A stretch of 62,184 bases of DNA, counting the filler, from Deltaproteobacteria bacterium (GTDB lineage Bacteria > JAUYMQ01): assembly GCA_030698575.1 (NCBI GenBank). It is 8 parts of 8 records of this genome, joined end to end, with 100 filler letters (N's around TTAATTAATTAA, not from the genome) between each part and the next. Parts side by side here need not be neighbours in the genome. Positions count along the whole stretch, not along the records: positions 57,777 to 62,184 come from JAUYMQ010000505.1; 7 more parts are not named here. One strand, given 5' to 3'. Below the pieces are notes generated by a model. It searched no databases. It was given only the letters and a program-made list of their open reading frames with translations, and was not told where the DNA came from. Position numbers and translations under genes: made by a program. Of this stretch, positions 59,946 to 62,184 are shown piece by piece; position 1 is the first letter of the stretch, and the number at the start of each line of letters is the position of its first letter.

Positions 59946-60908
59946 TCAGGGCGTTCGCGGTGGACGGGGTTCGAGCCCCAGGCCCTTCAGCGATGGAACG
60001 AAGCTGGCGTCGTTCATCTCCCAGTACTTCAGTCGTTCGCTCGCGATCAGATCGGCATGCTCTCCGTCGTTCGTCTCCCAGCGCAGAACGCGATGCGCCC
60101 CGCCCTGCTCGACGTAGAATGTCCACTTACGCCCCGCCTCCAGGCTGACCGTGAGCACGTCGGCCTGGAAGGTGCCCGCCGGCACGGTGACCTCGCGTGA
60201 TTTCGCGGAGCGGCTGAAGATCGCCTTCGACCAGCCGGCTTTCTTGTGGGCGAAGCGCGCGACGCGGGCCGACGTGAGGACGGGCGCCTCGACCTTTTCA
60301 CCGGGACCCACCCGTGGCGCGGCCCAGCCGCGCGCCCAAAGAAGCAGCGCGTCCTCCGAGACCCCCGCCGCCGGGTAGGAAAGCGTCCCCGATTCGTCCG
60401 CCTCCCCGTCGAAGTAGCTGTGCCCCTCGAACCGTACCGATCCGGCGTCGAACAGGAACTGGCTCCAGGCGTGCCCGCACCACTCCTGGGCGCTGAAGCT
60501 TACCTTGCTGGGGGATCCGGCGGGGCGCCCGTCGACGGGCGCCATGGTGGTGAAGGCGGTGGTCATCAGGTTGTAGTCGTAGACGCCCGTCGGGAAGTCC
60601 TCGATGAGGTTGATCTTCAGAACGGGAAACTCGTCCTGGGCAGGGTGCTTTCCGCGATCGGCCTTCACACGAAGGCTTTTCAAGAAGGTTTCCGGAATGA
60701 CGATTGAGACGGCCGTGCCCCGGCGCTTCTCGCCGTATCGGGGAATGATGAGTTCGTAGGTCGCCAGCTCGGCGCGCCCGTCTCCCCACTGCTTCCAGAA
60801 CGATTTGCCAAACGAGATGTTCCCGGCGATCTCTCCGGCGCCTGCACCGGGTGCAAGGGTGAGAACGAAAAGGGCCAGGGCAGTGGTGAATGCGGCAGAG
60901 CTTCTCAT
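59946..60908 (-). CDS. secreted hypothetical protein
   Basis: signal peptide; W.DGRAEL..Y, GVYDYN.M, SAQEWCGH motifs; GAGGAG RBS. Confidence 0.7.
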   Translation of the reverse strand: MRSSAAFTTALALFVLTLAPGAGAGEIAGNISFGKSFWKQWGDGRAELATYELIIPRYGEKRRGTAVSIVIPETFLKSLRVKADRGKHPAQDEFPVLKINLIEDFPTGVYDYNLMTTAFTTMAPVDGRPAGSPSKVSFSAQEWCGHAWSQFLFDAGSVRFEGHSYFDGEADESGTLSYPAAGVSEDALLLWARGWAAPRVGPGEKVEAPVLTSARVARFAHKKAGWSKAIFSRSAKSREVTVPAGTFQADVLTVSLEAGRKWTFYVEQGGAHRVLRWETNDGEHADLIASERLKYWEMNDASFVPSLKGLGLEPRPPRTP

Positions 60909-61042
60909 GGGCTCTCACTCCTCTGTTCGAGGAAAGGCTGCCGGGCGCGCGGGAGCGGCCGGGAGGCTGGACGCGGGATGGGCGCTGGACTAGATTCTAG
61001 CAGACCCCCTTCCCTTCTTGATCCCCCGAGAGGAGACTCTCC

Positions 61043-61327
61043 ATGCCGAAAGCGAGCTGGAACGGCGCCGTCATCGCGGAGAGCGATGAGACGGCCGTCG
61101 TCGAAGGCAATCACTACTTCCCCGCAGCGTCCGTGAACCGGAGCTTCATTCGCGAAAGCGACACCCATACCGTATGCCCCTGGAAGGGAACGGCCAGCTA
61201 CTTTTCCATCGAGGTCGACGGGAAGATCAACAAGGACGCTGCCTGGTACTACCCCGAGCCCAAGGAGGCGGCCAGCCAGATCAAGAATCACGTGGCGTTC
61301 TGGCGCGGTGTGACGGTCGAACCCTGA
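61043..61327 (+). CDS. DUF427 protein
   Basis: VEGNHYFP, CPWKGTASY, AAWYYPEP, IKNHVAFW. Confidence 0.92.
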   Translation: MPKASWNGAVIAESDETAVVEGNHYFPAASVNRSFIRESDTHTVCPWKGTASYFSIEVDGKINKDAAWYYPEPKEAASQIKNHVAFWRGVTVEP

Positions 61328-61359
61328 TCCGGTGACGTAGGCTCCCGGAGGGCGCCTGG

Positions 61360-61995
61360 TCAGTCCTCGAACAGATAGCGGGAGATCAGATCGGTGAGCT
61401 GCGTGGTGAGGCGCTTCGGATCGATCGGCGATTCAGCGATCATGACGCGCGCGGCGAGGGCGTCGACGGTCGCATAGATGACGAACGCCGCCGCTTCCCG
61501 ATCCCGCACGCGAAGTCTGTCCGAAAGCGTATCCATGAGGCCCAGGATGGCCTGCACGCCTTCCTGTAGCATGGCGTCCATAGCCGTCTTTATCGCGGGA
61601 TCCTTGAAGTAGCGCTCATGAAGAATGCGCTGGATGCCGGGTCGCACATCCCGGCTGTCGAGCACGCCGGCGATGAGCGCCCCGATGCCCTCCCGCAGAT
61701 CCGCCTTTTCCCAGTATTCCGGTTTCAGCCCTTCCATCGCCCGGCCGAAGATCTGATCGACGGCCTTGTGGAAAATCTCGGTCAGGACCGCGCGCTTGTC
61801 CGGAAAGTAAAGGTAGAAGGTGCCCACGGAAGCCCGGGCCCGGCGGGCAATCGAGTTGGTCGTCGTCGCCTCGTAGCCCTTCGACTCGAAGAGATCCTCC
61901 GCCGCCTGGACAATTTTTTCGCGGGTCTTGCGCGACCGCGCCTGCTGCGGCTGGCGGAGCGGGGTGGCCGCGGCGGATGGCTTGCCGGATGCCAT
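61360..61995 (-). CDS. TetR/AcrR-family regulator
   Basis: PQQARSRKT, GYEATTTNSIA, SVGTFYLYFPDK. Confidence 0.92.
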   Translation of the reverse strand: MASGKPSAAATPLRQPQQARSRKTREKIVQAAEDLFESKGYEATTTNSIARRARASVGTFYLYFPDKRAVLTEIFHKAVDQIFGRAMEGLKPEYWEKADLREGIGALIAGVLDSRDVRPGIQRILHERYFKDPAIKTAMDAMLQEGVQAILGLMDTLSDRLRVRDREAAAFVIYATVDALAARVMIAESPIDPKRLTTQLTDLISRYLFED

Positions 61996-62184
61996 GGCTG
62001 CCTCCCGGAGCGAAGGACGAACGTGAAAAACTATTTAAAATCAAGGAGTTCCGTATTGAACGCCACTATAGTGCACGGGCTTGACGGTGTCCAGCGGAAA
62101 CTGAAGTCAATCTCGAATTCACCTTGACATCCGGTGCCCGCCCTGTAAAATCCGGACAGAAACTGAAATTGAATTCATATTTCA

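Overview
The window joins eight contigs with 100-bp N/TTAATTAATTAA linkers, so synteny cannot be read across the gaps and the pieces may come from different organisms. Segment 1 (1-17025) holds housekeeping genes and an integron gene-cassette array on the minus strand. The array has eight near-identical ~90-bp attC sites and two truncated ones, and no integrase is visible. Its cassettes encode an HNH-RecQ fusion, a HEPN/AbiU2-like protein, an inverted cassette for a secreted cystine-knot-like (C-C-CC-C-C) mini-protein, a HEXXH peptidase, a DUF2238 protein and several lipoproteins; an IS30 element sits against one attC. Segment 2 has iscS, an acyl-CoA dehydrogenase and a large NAD-GDH. Segment 3 has a type II DMSO-reductase-family molybdoenzyme coupled to a U32 protein. 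Segment 4 has secreted proteins, including an IPTL-CTERM beta-propeller. Segment 5 is a deltaproteobacterial-like coaX-birA-nadC-valS-romR locus with a FleQ-like/sigma54 to fliA to flgM cascade. Segment 6 has an ice-binding (DUF3494) autotransporter. Segment 7 is an HK97-type phage head module whose prohead protease is an unusual ClpP + HK97-protease double fusion. Segment 8 has glycosylation genes, DUF427 and TetR. All family assignments come from motif recognition by eye; no database searches were run.
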